DNA of 59,088 bases, filler included, from Sluysia triapertura (lineage: Eukaryota): the NCBI GenBank assembly GCA_046118255.1. It is 5 parts of 5 records of this genome, joined end to end, with 100 filler letters (N's around TTAATTAATTAA, not from the genome) between each part and the next. Parts side by side here need not be neighbours in the genome. Positions count along the whole stretch, not along the records: positions 35,655 to 47,752 come from JBJNIA010139726.1; positions 47,853 to 59,088 come from JBJNIA010187002.1; 3 more parts are not named here. The stretch is one strand, 5' to 3'. The translations under genes and the position numbers were made by a program. The notes beneath the pieces were generated by a model that was not told the origin of the DNA, did no database searches, and saw only the letters and a program-made list of their open reading frames with translations. Positions 39,050-51,995 of the stretch are shown here, piece after piece. The first letter of the stretch is position 1. Each line of letters begins with the position of its first letter.

Positions 39050-40740
39050 TTGTGTCTAAGAATGTGATGTTGTATCATCGAGATTGTGTCGATTTATGGA
39101 CAATGGAAATTCCTAAAAATACAAATACAGCAAATATATACAAAGAACATACATAGACCTTGTAATGCGACACGCTAACATGCTAATTTTATGAAGTTGA
39201 TTGATCACATTTATAAATCAAATTACTTACATTAAGGAACTACATACGATGTTTCTCTGGAGGATAATTATTATAAATATAATTACCGAAATTATAATAA
39301 TGATAATAAATGAAAATTAATCAAATATGAAAATAAATTAACCGGACTTTTATAGCTATAATAATAATTATAATTATAAATATAATTATAATAATAATAA
39401 TCTTAAGGATATTTGCAATGTTTTATTATTATTTTATAATTTTGTCATACAATTTCATTAAATGTATACATATATAGGGTAAATGTATATTCGCTTGTGG
39501 AAGTCCATTCGAGCCAGTTCAGTATGGATATAATTATTTAGTACCTAGTCAATGTAACAATTCTTATATTTTCCCAGGAGTGGCACTTGCTATAGTCATG
39601 TTTAAAATTCGACCGATTACTGATGATATTTTTATTACAGCTGCTAATGTTAGTATTATATTATTTACTAATTTCCCTGTCTTTAATATCCGAGATTTTC
39701 TTTCCGTGTTCCTTCGGGAATTGGATTTATTATTTATTATTATATTACATTCAAGTAAAGTATTTCAACAAATTAATAAATAATTTTTCTAAAAATCTAA
39801 TGTATTATATGTAAATAAGCATTTTAAACATGTACGGATTTTTTAATGTTTGATTAAAACATTTAATATAAATTTAAAGGGAAAATTTGAAAATACGAAC
39901 CTTTTTTAAAAATTTGGAAAACATTAACTTTTTCTTCAAAATTGGACAAATCTTTCATTAATTGTCCTTAAATTTGACATTATCTGATCAAATTCTGCTT
40001 CTGAAAATGTATTCGCAGCTCTTCAAAAATGATTCATAGCATTCGCATCTCTAAATTTCAATCTTAAATTTTTAGCAATGTGCCTTATACAGTATGAGCT
40101 TGATCAGTTTGGAGCCATTGATTGCAAAGCATTTAGAATACCCTTGTCTGTGTCTGAAAATATTATTACATCAGGTGAATTCAAAGAAAAGTTAGTATTG
40201 TCCAATTTTGAAAAAAAAGTTAATGTGTTTTCCAAATTTTTAAAAAAAGTTCGTGTTTTCCTAATGCCCCTAATTAAATGAACATTATTTAACATATCGC
40301 ATTATGAGCGAGACAAGTATTAGTACCTGATTCGTGGGCTGTCAATTAAGAGCGGGCGAGTATTTATATCATTTGAAAAGTATTTCAAAATGTGCAGTCG
40401 AGGAGTTCAATTATAATTGAAATAAGTATTCATTCTAAGTATTCGTAGTTTGAAATTTGAAAACTCCACCTTTTACTAATATTATTGTTCAATTTCTCCA
40501 TTATGTGGTAAATTTCTTTCTACAGTTGATAGCTTATAAATGATTTTAATATATGTATTATCGTAATAATATGGTCAATTTCATCTATTTATTAATTTTG
40601 GTAGTTGTGTTTGTCTCCCTTTTTTTACTTATATTTTAATAAAATCATGTTTTTTTGTACTTAGGTGCTTCTGCCTAATATGTCACCTTTACTTCTATTC
40701 TGTGTTTAATGAATTCTATTTTTGTTTTATATATTTCTTG
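39050..40740 (-). mobile_element. Mutator/MULE transposase pseudogene
   Basis: PDVIIFSDTDKGILNALQSMAPN*SSSYCIRHIAKNL (cf. ISDRDKGLxNA...CxRHI). Possible SWIM remnant (MLACR) near 39170. Confidence 0.85.
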
Positions 40741-40818
40741 AATTAAGATCAGAATTTAATATTGCAAAACGACTGAAAATATTAAGATACTTTTATTTTA
40801 CGATTTATTACGAATATA

Positions 40819-40848
40819 CAAGGTGTCCCAAAAGTAATCGAACCACAA
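40819..40848 (+). mobile_element. Tc1/mariner left TIR, same family as 13450-13995
   Basis: TA-CAAGGTGTCCCAAAAGTAATCGAACCAC matches the reverse complement of 13969-13995. Confidence 0.75.
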
Positions 40849-41199
40849 ACTTAAATAAAAATTAGATATATTATTGTTTACATAATTATTAAAGTCAAAT
40901 ATTGTTTTGAATATCACAATAATAAATGAGTGTGCTATATTTAGAAAGTCCATAATATACTTTCTCGCTCTTTTTCTTGTGTGTCTAAAATGGCAAAAAA
41001 CGCCTCCTTATGTATTATAGCCAAAAATTTAATTGTTTATAATTAAACATAACTTGTGAATCAGAATCATCATTAACAAAGGCCAATACTTTAAACATAC
41101 ATGTTTCATCAATATTGTTGTGATTTAGAATAGTTTAATTCACTAAATCATTTTAATTGATTTAAAAATAGGTTTTTATAACAATATTTTTTCTTAATT

Positions 41200-41880
41200 T
41201 TTAAAACTTTTATTCCTAAGTTAATATTCATCGGATCTAAAAATAACAATGAATTTAGAAGTTTACAAATAATGAACGAAAATCTGTAAACACAAAACTT
41301 TTTATTCAACGTATAAAATTTAAAAAATTGATCATTTAGGAAGATTATTATGTTACTCTCGATGAGACACGCTTCGCTATCTAAAAAGGAAACAAAAGTT
41401 AAGTTGTCTTTGATATAATAATAAAGAAAGTTTACTTTATCACAACCAATAGATCCAACGTTGTCGAATATCCCTGAAGTTGTTAGTCCTAAACTTGCGA
41501 ATAAGTTTGTTTCCGGGATGTATATTCGAATCTATCATCCAACAACTGATTTATGGTGTACACATGTACACAATTAAATCAAAATTTTGTGCATTTGTCA
41601 TTTCGGTCACTAGTATATGGGCAAAGTGCTCTTTTAAGATATAGATTTGAACTTCATGAATCATTGAAATAGTTGTGTGGAATTGAATTGATCGCAACCG
41701 AAGAGAATGACATTAAGTTCTTGAATCTATAGTTAAAACGTTGTCGTTTATGAGTATCAGTATAATGGTATACCGAACATATTCCAAATATTTTTTACAT
41801 TCATTTTTGTCCTCTGTATTTAACTGAGATAAGTTAATTCGTAAAGCTTTAGGCTTGCATTTATCGTTATTATCTTAAAA
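41200..41880 (-). pseudogene. CCCH zinc-finger gene remnant (element copy C), absent from the ORF track
   Basis: 41629-41543 reads ALCPYTSDRNDKCTKF*FNCVHVYTINQL and aligns without gaps to copy A MLCPYKSNLNGQCLRFGTTCRFAHNINQL. Confidence 0.75.
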
Positions 41881-42800
41881 GATGAAATTAATGATATCAA
41901 AAAATGATAATTATAATAGTAATAATTAAAATTAAATAAGCATAAAATAAAATAATGATAATAGTAAATTAGCTAAAACATAAATTCCTTTCTTTATCTT
42001 AATACATGAGCTCTCTAAATACAATAACATGATCTTTCTTTACTTTAATTTTCTTTTTTCTTAACATATTATGAAATAAATCGTTTAACTTTATGTTTTA
42101 AGATAAAATTGTTTTTTAGTTCTTGATGATTGGAATGTTTACAATGGTTTTAGAGTCATTTGAAGTGTGAATTTGATGTTTTTCAAAGGTGTTAAAGAAT
42201 GAGTGTTGACGATTGTGAAATTGAAATATTTTAGGTTGTTTTTATAATGTGTATTTGATAGTTTAAGATGTAATTGTATTTTTAATGTTATTAGATAATG
42301 ACTTTAATGTTTTGAATGAATTTTTAAATCTAGATTGATGGTTTTAGATGTAAATTGTGGTTTGAATGGTGAAAGTTTGCGAATTGAGCTGTTTTGAATA
42401 ACTTTAAATTGTAGATTAATGGTTCTGGATGTAATTGTGGTTCTGATGTTATGAATTATAGGTTAAAATGTTTTGAATAAAATTTAATGTGTGTTGGTGG
42501 TTTGGGATGTCGATGTAATTTGGTGTAATAGGTTTGTAACTCAGCATATATTGAAATAAGAATATATGAAAAAAGGTTTTCATAGAAAATAGTTAGGATG
42601 TTATGTAATGTGAGATGTGTTGAATTGAATTTAACATGTTTTAGATTAATTTTTTAAGTGTGTAATTGATGATTTTCGGTATAAAATGTGAATTTAATGT
42701 TATGTAATTTATATTTGGAATGTTTGGAAGTATTGTGAAAGGTGATTTTGTTGTGAATTTTTTTTGAGTTGGTCACCACAGTAATGAATTACACAATTAA
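41880..42800 (-). repeat. Strand-skewed ~78-80 bp periodic tract, copy C
   Basis: Repeating unit TAGATTGATGGTTTTAGATGTAAATTGTGGTTTGAATG...GTTTTGAATAA near 42250, 42330, 42410 and 42490. Confidence 0.75.
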
Positions 42801-42949
42801 CTTTTTTGAGTTAATTAATAGATATTTTAATGAGTTATTTTAATAGTTTAATTATCAAAAATTAGTGATTTTAAGGAGAATATTATGTGGCATCTGTTAG
42901 GTACGGCCTTAATAAAAATAAACTAACGAATAATTTTTTTTAAAAAATA

Positions 42950-45900
42950 AGTGAATTCTCGAAGATCCGGTTCCTTTGGATTGAAATTTATCAAATTTTA
43001 CATCAGGAGTAATGGTAAAATCGTATTCTGGAAAAATTGTGTTAACTAAAAAATTGTATTGTTTTTAGTAGTTTTTACAGTCGACCTTGACTTACAAAAG
43101 TGAAATAATTTAAATAAAACAATATTAATAAATTAGAAAATTATTAACATTTAAAAATAAATAATTCAATCCAATGAAACTTTTAAAAATCATAAAATAA
43201 TCATAAAAATATATCGTAAGATTAATAGATTTAGTAACTTTAAAATCAATAAAAATCCATATTCATGTAAATTAAAAGTCAGTACACATTTATATTCAAA
43301 GTCAATACCAAATTAATAACATATACACACATTACAATATTAAATTCTTAAATATAATACTTACTCTTTATCAAAATTTCCTTTTTTGTGGTAACAAAAT
43401 TTTCGTGTTGTAGCAGTATACCAAGAGGTCAATGCATAAATATGTTAATGAATGTGTTAATAATTGAAACGAGTACACAAAAATACTTCGAAATAAAAAG
43501 AAATTATTTGAATTAATTAAAATTAATTTATTAAAATGGGACTTATGGTCCATGCTTATTGTTTTAGATTGAAAATGAAAAGTAGACTTAAGGCCTAAGA
43601 TTGATTTCGTTTATTGCATTACAAGTAAAAACAAATACTAAATATTAATGTGACATCAGAGTTGGATTCTATTAATCGTAATAAAAATACCTCATTGTAT
43701 ACTATTTTCAGAAACTTTAGAATTTATTTATAGTTATGCGGTAAGCTAAACTACTGTTATGATTAAATTTATTTAAAATAACCTTTAATCTTAAAATTAC
43801 TGTTGACGTAAGGCCTGGTGAACGTCAAATTTTAAAGGGTACTTCGTGCATGTGAATAATAATGTTTTCCTCGTTGTCTTCTTACAGCACTATATTTATG
43901 TGGATATTTTCCCTGCTAGGTGAATTAAGGTTCTATTTCTCGGGAGTTCGTGATGACGGAAGTTGATGAAGTGCAGCAATGATAAAATTCCATTCAAATT
44001 GTTTTTTGAAGATGGAAAATTAATTGATGTTAGTGTAGTTTATGTAGTGACATGGAGAAATCTAAGCGAGTATATGGAAAACTAGGAAAGGTTAGTCGAA
44101 AAAATTGATGTCATGATTAGGTTTTTGACGGAAGAGGCACACTTGTCCATGCACCATATGCGTGATAAATGAACCGGTCATTGACCTGTATTGTCGAAAG
44201 AACAGATTCCGATGAATTTGGAATATTTCTTTAAAATTTTGTTCGCGTTGGAGGACCGGGAAATCTTAGACGATGCACTAAGATTTGGTTGATTTGCACA
44301 CAGTTTTTTTGTCACAGGGTTTTTAGTTGTTTGAGAATAGGCGATTTTGTTTCCTGATCTTCTTTTACTTGATAGTTGGTCTTTTGTACAAGCAGATTTA
44401 TATCTTGTGATATGTCAATATCACCAGGAAGCTGATGCTTAATTTGGACTATTGAGCCTAGATGCAGTGGCAATGATGTGCGCATTTACAATTCGTCTTT
44501 GTAGTTAGACATCCCATGAATGATGGTGATTTTAGAAGTAGGCTTCACATTCCTGATAATATGCAAAGCACACTTGACACTTTTGATCCGAATAAGTTGA
44601 TCATTGTACTGATGTGGGTTGGTTGATTCTTTCGTCTCAAAAGAATATAACTTACCTTTTCGGAAGTATCCTCCCTTTTACGCGCCTGCAAATAAGAGAT
44701 TAGTATTTTATACGTTCAGGTTTCTGAACTAAACAGCAGATTTCGGTAAACTTGATTTAGTAGGTGTACACTTTTCGATAACCTTAGGTTCGGTATGAAA
44801 CTCGTTGAAAGTTGATTGAATGGTATGCTGAACCCGAAAGTGATTTTTCGTGGTTTTGTTTGGAGATCGTTCTAGGCGAATAACTCATTTTGAGTCGTAG
44901 CAGGATTGAAGAGTGTAGACAAATATTTCCTAGTTACATAGCTATTTCTTGAAGATTGACATTCGACCACGTGATTTCTTTGGACAATCGATAAGGATGT
45001 TATTCAAGAAATGAATTAACTTTAAGCCTCATGCGATAAGGTCTTAAAAAACCAATCATCAATACCGTTTAGCATTTTAAGGTCCATAATATTATAAAAA
45101 TATAAAATAAAACACTTTAGGCACTCAAGAAATAAACTGCGAGTTTAGGGTTTTGTGGTTTACAGATGATGACTCTAAATAATTATTATTACTATTTGAA
45201 AATAAAAACTTTATTTCTTTGTTTAGGTATATTATCGGTGAGCAGTTTACTTCACCTAGGTTTACATTATTATACATCAAGGATTTATTTAATTTGATTT
45301 ATTGAATTGCAAACTCTAACTCTTACTATTAAGTTATTGAGGGCGACATACATTATCCTATCTCTTTTTATTTCAAAATACTCAAGATTTTCATTATCAT
45401 ATATACATCTATTAATTAAAGAATTATTGAACACACAGAGACTAATATTTATTAAAATGTTAGAAATTTTAAAAAAATAGTTAATAACTTTAGGAATTAC
45501 ATGGATCATTTTATTATTTATCAAAATCCTTCGCACTGCATCTTTGGGTATCGCGTTGGACCTATAGCTGGAACATAATTCTAAAAAAATTATGTAGTTA
45601 AAATAACAATAAAAATAAATAAAATAAAATTTTACTGAATATATTTTCTTAAGGTTAATGTCTTCATCTCCATCTTCATCTTCAGCTGCGACAAAAACCA
45701 CAATTCCATTTTGTTAGTTTCTAGTTTTGTATTGATTTCGCCGAAAATGTAACCGGAACTTACGATGATTTTGTGCCTTTTTATACTCATTACACTGAAC
45801 CTTAGGAAATTTTGGAAAACTTTGACATCTCTTCGACTGAATGGATACTGCTGTTGATTAACTTTATTATCTGATCGTAATATTCCGCTTAAAATAATAA

Positions 45901-47500
45901 TAGTCTTTTAGAATCACGTACAAAACACACTTTGCCATATTACTAGTCGGTTTATCCGTTTCTACATATATTCTTTTAACTCTATATACATCTTTAACGG
46001 GTTTATCTATTTCTAATTTTGTTCGTCTAACTTTATATACATTTTTAACATATTTAATAGGCAATCCACTCACTCGCAAAAAATCAAAACAAGTTATTTT
46101 GTTTTAGAACAATTTTTTAGCAAGAATAAATTTTAAAAACATTTAGTACGACGTACAACATGTAAGTTGATCTTATTGCCATTTGAAGCAATATTTATGG
46201 CTATGGAAATTTCTTTTAATAAATTTAAAATTTCAATTTGGAGTTTTGTGCTAAATATTTCATTTTAATCTCCTAGTAGAAATTGTACAGTAAAACAACT
46301 TCCAGAAAACGAACTTCTAAATTTGTAATATTTTCTCTAACTTGATTATTTTTGGTACGGAATAGAAACAATTCAACTTACGTGGATGTGCATAACTCCT
46401 TTAACTCCTATTTTTGCCTCTAAAATAAAATACAGTGTCTACCTTCTTCCATAAGTTGAACTTCTTCAAATTTGAAATTTTCTCACTACTTATTTTAGAT
46501 ATAAAATGGAAATAATTCTTTATAATTAGACCAAATAGTTTCTATGTCCTGCGTGGCTAAGTGAAATCAGATATTCATAACATAGATAAGTGACACACCT
46601 ACCCGGAACAATTCATCAGATCGCTCACTGATAAAATTTTGAGTTCGAAAAATGTTGTTCCACCAAAATGAATCAAAAAATATAATCAAAAAGACAACAG
46701 TCTTTTATTGTTAAAAGTAATTTAATTAATTTACATTTTATTTATTAAATTTATAAAAATAATAAAAATTTATTCTATTGATAACTATAATCAATTAAAA
46801 TATGAAAAGAAAAAATTAATAAAGAATTATTTATCCGATGATATTAATTCTTTTTTATCATTTTCGATATTTAATTTGTTGTTTGTAGTATCACTGTCAC
46901 TAGAACTATCTGATCCATCGTCACTGTGCTTGTCCAATTGTTTTTTCTTCCGTTCTACTGTTTCTCCAGTTAAATCGTTTTCATTCGATGCATCCATAAG
47001 CATATTGTTAGGTAATGCTTCTTTTTTCAAATTGGGATTTAAATTATTATCAACAAAAATTGGACTATATTTAGTATGAAATTTGTTATTTTGTAATCGA
47101 CAACATATATTTTTGCAACATTGATCAATTTCGACATTAAACAAACGACTGCAGATTGTTACCATTATCATAGTCAAAATCTGAATTAACAAAAAACAAA
47201 ATTTATATTACTTTTATCTACTCTAGACAATAAGTAGATGAAATAAATAATAAAATAATAATTAAATTCTATATTATTTTGCTTTTCTGTGTTTGTGTAT
47301 TTTATTTTTATTGCGAATTTAAATGAAAGATAAATTAATGACAATTAAATAAGATTTCACATAAAAAGAACTTATTGGATAACGAAAATGTGGAGTGTTT
47401 TCTGGTTTTAATTTCAATTGATCTGCAAATATTGTCTTCATTAAAATACACACTCCTTCCATTTTTAAATTTCTTAGTCGATGAGATGCATTTTCGTACA
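42950..47500 (-). other. Decayed minus-strand multi-ORF block upstream of copy C
   Basis: Visibly higher GC at 43800-45000 with long interrupted frames. ORFs 45285-45701, 45867-46079, 46827-47192 and 47319-47501 are all on the minus strand. CUUAA hairpin at 43583-43597. Confidence 0.35.
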
Positions 47501-47616
47501 CATTGTTTTCTTCAATTGTTGGTCCGTAACATTATAACAAACTGTCCATAAATAAAATATATTAAAACAAAACGATTCAATAAAAAATCAATACTTTCTC
47601 TATTTTCTATTTAACC

Positions 47617-47752
47617 CAGTGGTGTCAAACCTTTTTGCTTTACGGGCCACTTGATACAACGGAAATCTAACGGATGGCCGCTATGGCAAAAGTCAAGTAA
47701 ATTTATCAAACTGAGAAAAAGATGTACAACTACAACAGCAAATATTTATTTC
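47617..47752 (+). mobile_element. hAT (Charlie-like) MITE left end, truncated by the gap
   Basis: CAGTGGTGTCAAACCTTTTT...CGGGCCAC terminus. Confidence 0.65.
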
Positions 47753-48976
47753 NNNNNNNNNNNNNNNNNNNNNNNNNNNNNNNNNNNNNNNNNNNNTTAA
47801 TTAATTAANNNNNNNNNNNNNNNNNNNNNNNNNNNNNNNNNNNNNNNNNNNNATAACGGAATCTACGTAACATTATCATTTAAATTTGTTACAATTGACA
47901 TATAATTAAATTTCTAAAACATTTACCTCCAGAATTAAGGTGTTAGGTAAAATCGCTATAGTCTAAAGTCAAGCATCTTTTCTTACATTAAAATCCAACG
48001 GCTGGACCTCGCTGGTATGTCCAGTACGTTGATGAACTCACGTTAATTTTAATTTTAATTTATTCTTTAACAATCATTTCTTACAATTGTATAATTAGTT
48101 TGGTAGAGAATATAACTGAAATTAAATCATATTTTGTTGTATGAATTTTTAATTATTTAAAATTAACTCAGTGTTACATTAAAGTATTTAAAAGACATAA
48201 TTCTATGTACAAAATAGCTTGATTGTACATAAATGAGTATAAGTTGCGGAATATAAGTAAGTTTACATAAATATAGATGTGAATGTTCAAAGAATTTATT
48301 TTAACTAATTAAATATCAAATGTTCTCGATCCATTATTATTCATTTTTTCAACAAAATGAGTAATTGAGCAATAATGAAAATAAAGATGTATTCGGTAAA
48401 TGGTTAGTTGTTCACATAATTAGAATTAGCAAAATTTGGAATGTTATATTGATCAATGCTATTGTTGTGTCTTATAAAATTCTTCGATTTAATTCATTTT
48501 ACTCTATAATAACTTCATAATCAAAATTCAATAAATTAAAATTATAGTGCTAGTATTATAATTTAACTAATCGCACAATTATCAATAATAATATTCAAAC
48601 TAAGCAGAACAATTATAAATTGTATATAATACAAATAACTATTGAACAATCAATCTTCGTATAATATTGTTAATTAGGCAAATCATTCGATAAACCAAAG
48701 GTGAGGAAACCAAAAAAATAGAAAAAGATATCAAAGGGTAGAATTAAAAGGGGATTTTATCCAAATAGTTCAAAATTCAATTTCCTTTTAATAAAGTTCA
48801 GAAAAACTAAACAGACATTTTTATTAAATAATGAAACAAAAAATTATTAAATATATCGATTTATAGATATTTTGTTAATTAAAAGCATTGTTTAACGACT
48901 ATGAAAACAACCAATAATATTAACATTAATTTTCAAATAAATTTTACAGGAAAATTAAATAAACTTATAAAAGTAA

Positions 48977-49518
48977 ATGATTTTATTATTAATTTTCTTG
49001 AATTTAACACTAATTGAATGTATTTGTCCAAATCCATATACTTTACATAACAATGTTTGTTATTTGTTTATTAATCAACCAACTAAATATTGTGAAGCAG
49101 AAAAACTTTGTGCTGTACATAATGGCACTTTAATAAGTATAGAAAGTATAAAACAAATCATTGAAAATATACCATCACAAAAATATTGGATAGATGTAAA
49201 TGATTTAATGTATGATAGAAAGTCAAATAGAACTGGTTGGTTAAGAATAAATGGATCAGAATTTACAAATATTAATTTATGGGATAATGGCGAACCTACA
49301 AATGAGTTTAATAATGAAAAATGTGGATCTCTAAGGTCGAATAGCATTAATGATGTTCCATGTGATACTAAATTACCATTTTTGTGCGTATATAACGCAC
49401 ACATGACAGCAACTAATTTAGTGCTAATTAACGATATCAATGTTCACTATTATTCAAGTTCCTATGTTAATTGTTTCGAGGAATACCAAATACATTCTCA
49501 TTTCGAATGCGCTACCAA
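48977..49518 (+). CDS. Secreted C-type lectin domain protein, first coding exon (ORF runs to 49534 if unspliced)
   Basis: Signal peptide MILLLIFLNLTLIEC. CTLD motifs CP...CY, EAEKLC...GTLISI, YWID, W..GEPT, EKCG, INDVPC...FLC. Likely donor ACCAA|GTATGA. Confidence 0.9.
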
Positions 49519-49559
49519 GTATGAATTTATTTGATTCTTTTAAAATTTATTTTTCCATT

Positions 49560-51850
49560 TGTTAAAAAAATATTGTTTAATACAATGAAAATATAACTCT
49601 TTGATGAGTCAGTATTAATATTTTTATGTATTTTAAATTCAACAACTACTTGTAGTATATATGAATGTGTTTATTTTTAATTACTATTGAATCAATCATC
49701 AAGAATAATTTTTCAAGAATGCGATCTCATACAATTACACTTGTTGCTAATAAAATCAAAAGTAGAATTAAAAATCATGATGGTAATCCATCGAAGTCCA
49801 TATTATCTTTGGTAACAAAAATACATGCTAATATACAAAAATAAAGGTTCTAAAATAGTTTGGTACTTTATAAAGCTCTCAGGGGTGTGGGTACTTCCAC
49901 CTTCACTACTTCTTTATACTAACTACACTTGTATTGGATTTTAATGTATTGAATATCTTAATGTATTTTTAATATTAGTATCAACGATTTTATTTCACAA
50001 GTGTTTCAAAGATTCTAAAGATTTTTCCATGTTGCACAAAGGTTTTTCAAAGTTACTTAAATATTATAAATCTTAAATGGTTGCAAGGTTCACAAGATCA
50101 AAGTGCTTCAATGCTTCAAGACGTTTTCAAGCCAATCTCAAGTTTCCTCAAAAGTCTCAAAGGAATTCCTCAATTCTCAAAATAACCAAGCCTGTAATTA
50201 TAAGTGCTAGTGCTTTATGTTAAAAATATTTAAATTCTTACACTTACAAAATATCTGAGAGTCGATTCACCTAATATATCAATACTGAAGAGGTGCCATT
50301 AGGATTTTGCAAAAGAACTACGAAAGAAAAGATAGCTTGCTTAAATACTAAGTCATGAAGAGTTAATTTTATTTTACTAATTTATCTTTACTTTTGTTTC
50401 TAAATATTTAATTTATATTTCACTAGCCTTTTATGGCCTAGTATTTAAAATATTTAAATCACACTAGACTTGTATTGTCTAGTATTGAAAATAATGAAGT
50501 GATTTTACGATTTTACACCAGCCTTTTAAGTCATAATTCTTTAACAAATATTTTATGACTTGAAAATAAAAAATAACAACTTAGTGTTAAATTCTATTAC
50601 AAAAAACCTAATTAAAAGTAAACTGACAACCTTAATGTATAATATGTATAAATATATTTTAAAAATTCATGTTGAATTCCTTGAAGTAGTATTTAATTTT
50701 AGTTTTAGATCTCGTTAGCCTTTATAAGGTCTAGTATAAAAAATTATGAAATTTGTGTGAGATTTTAAACTTCCCATATATGTTGAAATTTTTTAACTTA
50801 TTCAATAAAAATTACTTGTTCATGGAATCGCTTTAAAAATCAAAATTTCAAAAATTTCTAAAAAAATTTGTTCTCCTAAATATTTATTTCTCTAAAAATT
50901 TTTTCGAAATTTCTTTCTAAATTGTTTCTAAATTTATATTAATTTTTAAGTCTCCATCTTATTTGATTGATTTATTTAAGCAAAACTTTCAAATATATTA
51001 AAATAGTAAAAATTTATTAAATATAAAATATTAAAATTTACATTTTTAAATATTAATGAAGTATTTACATTTTTTAAATATTAAAATTTATTTTGATTAA
51101 TAAACTTAAAATTTATTATAATAAAAATAATTATTTTAATAAAATCATTTATATATAAAATGCATTTAAAAATACACAAAATATTATACAAAATACAAAT
51201 AATATAATATACATAACTAGAACAGAAACTAAAAGAACTTCTACACTTCATCGAGACCTCTTTTTAAACATGGATTCTAATTGTATGGCGTCCAAACGTA
51301 GTACTGCATCAAATAACTTTATCTAAAATCTATCTAAAATTTTCTCGTAATAGATTTAAAAAACAATAATCACTAAAATTATTAATTTTGACAAGTTAAT
51401 AGCAGAAATAAAAATTCCAGCTTCAAATTCATTAAAATCCACTACACACATGAATTTCAATAAATTGAAATACATAAACTAGATTTTCTCTGAAATTATT
51501 AGACGAACGTTATTTTTAAATCTTAATTTACCTTCCTAAAAAGAAATAATAAGAACAAGATCTGAAGAAATATTTTCCACAAACATTTCAGTATGTGTGC
51601 AATAAATAGAATATCTCACTTCCATTATAATTTAAATTTATTCAAATTCATTCCAATACAACATTAATGTGAAATATCGACATGACTTCTCATTTTATCT
51701 TCAGAACTTATTATAAAAGATTGTAATAACCAAATACAATGAATGTATTTACAAGACATCGATAAATTTTTCATTTGCCCTTCCTTGAATAATTTGTTTT
51801 AATCATTCTGAATTTTACAATCTCTAATATTAAATTTTTAAAAAATACTA
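49560..51850 (-). mobile_element. Possible heavily decayed Penelope-like element with internal simple repeats
   Basis: Weak minus-strand motifs in PLE order: RLDAIQLESMF (~51300), LS*FFCKILMAPL (~50310), LYEIAF...HSYILQ (~49700). Confidence 0.3.
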
Positions 51851-51995
51851 GAAAAGTATTTATTTTTATTTTATATAGTATTTGAAAATATTTTTTAATT
51901 TTTAATTTATTTTAATAATATCAACAACAATAGTTTTTAAGGTTTTTATAGGTGAATTTTACTTTCGTAATAAAATGCATGTTTCATAATTTTAA

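Noticed and set aside
42130-42720. Leucine-rich-repeat gene hypothesis for the 78-bp periodic tract
   Set aside because: No frame stays open, and no LxxLxLxxN pattern recurs across units.
43540-43605. CTTAAGGCCTAAG similar to pistol or twister ribozyme cores
   Set aside because: Required pseudoknot partners and flanking helices are absent.
47995-48032. CCTCGCTGG identical to the HDV ribozyme L3/P3 word
   Set aside because: P3 5' strand, P1 and P1.1 partners cannot be formed. Kept only as an unexplained hairpin.
49075-49440. 121-aa minus-strand ORF
   Set aside because: Antisense shadow of the C-type lectin exon.
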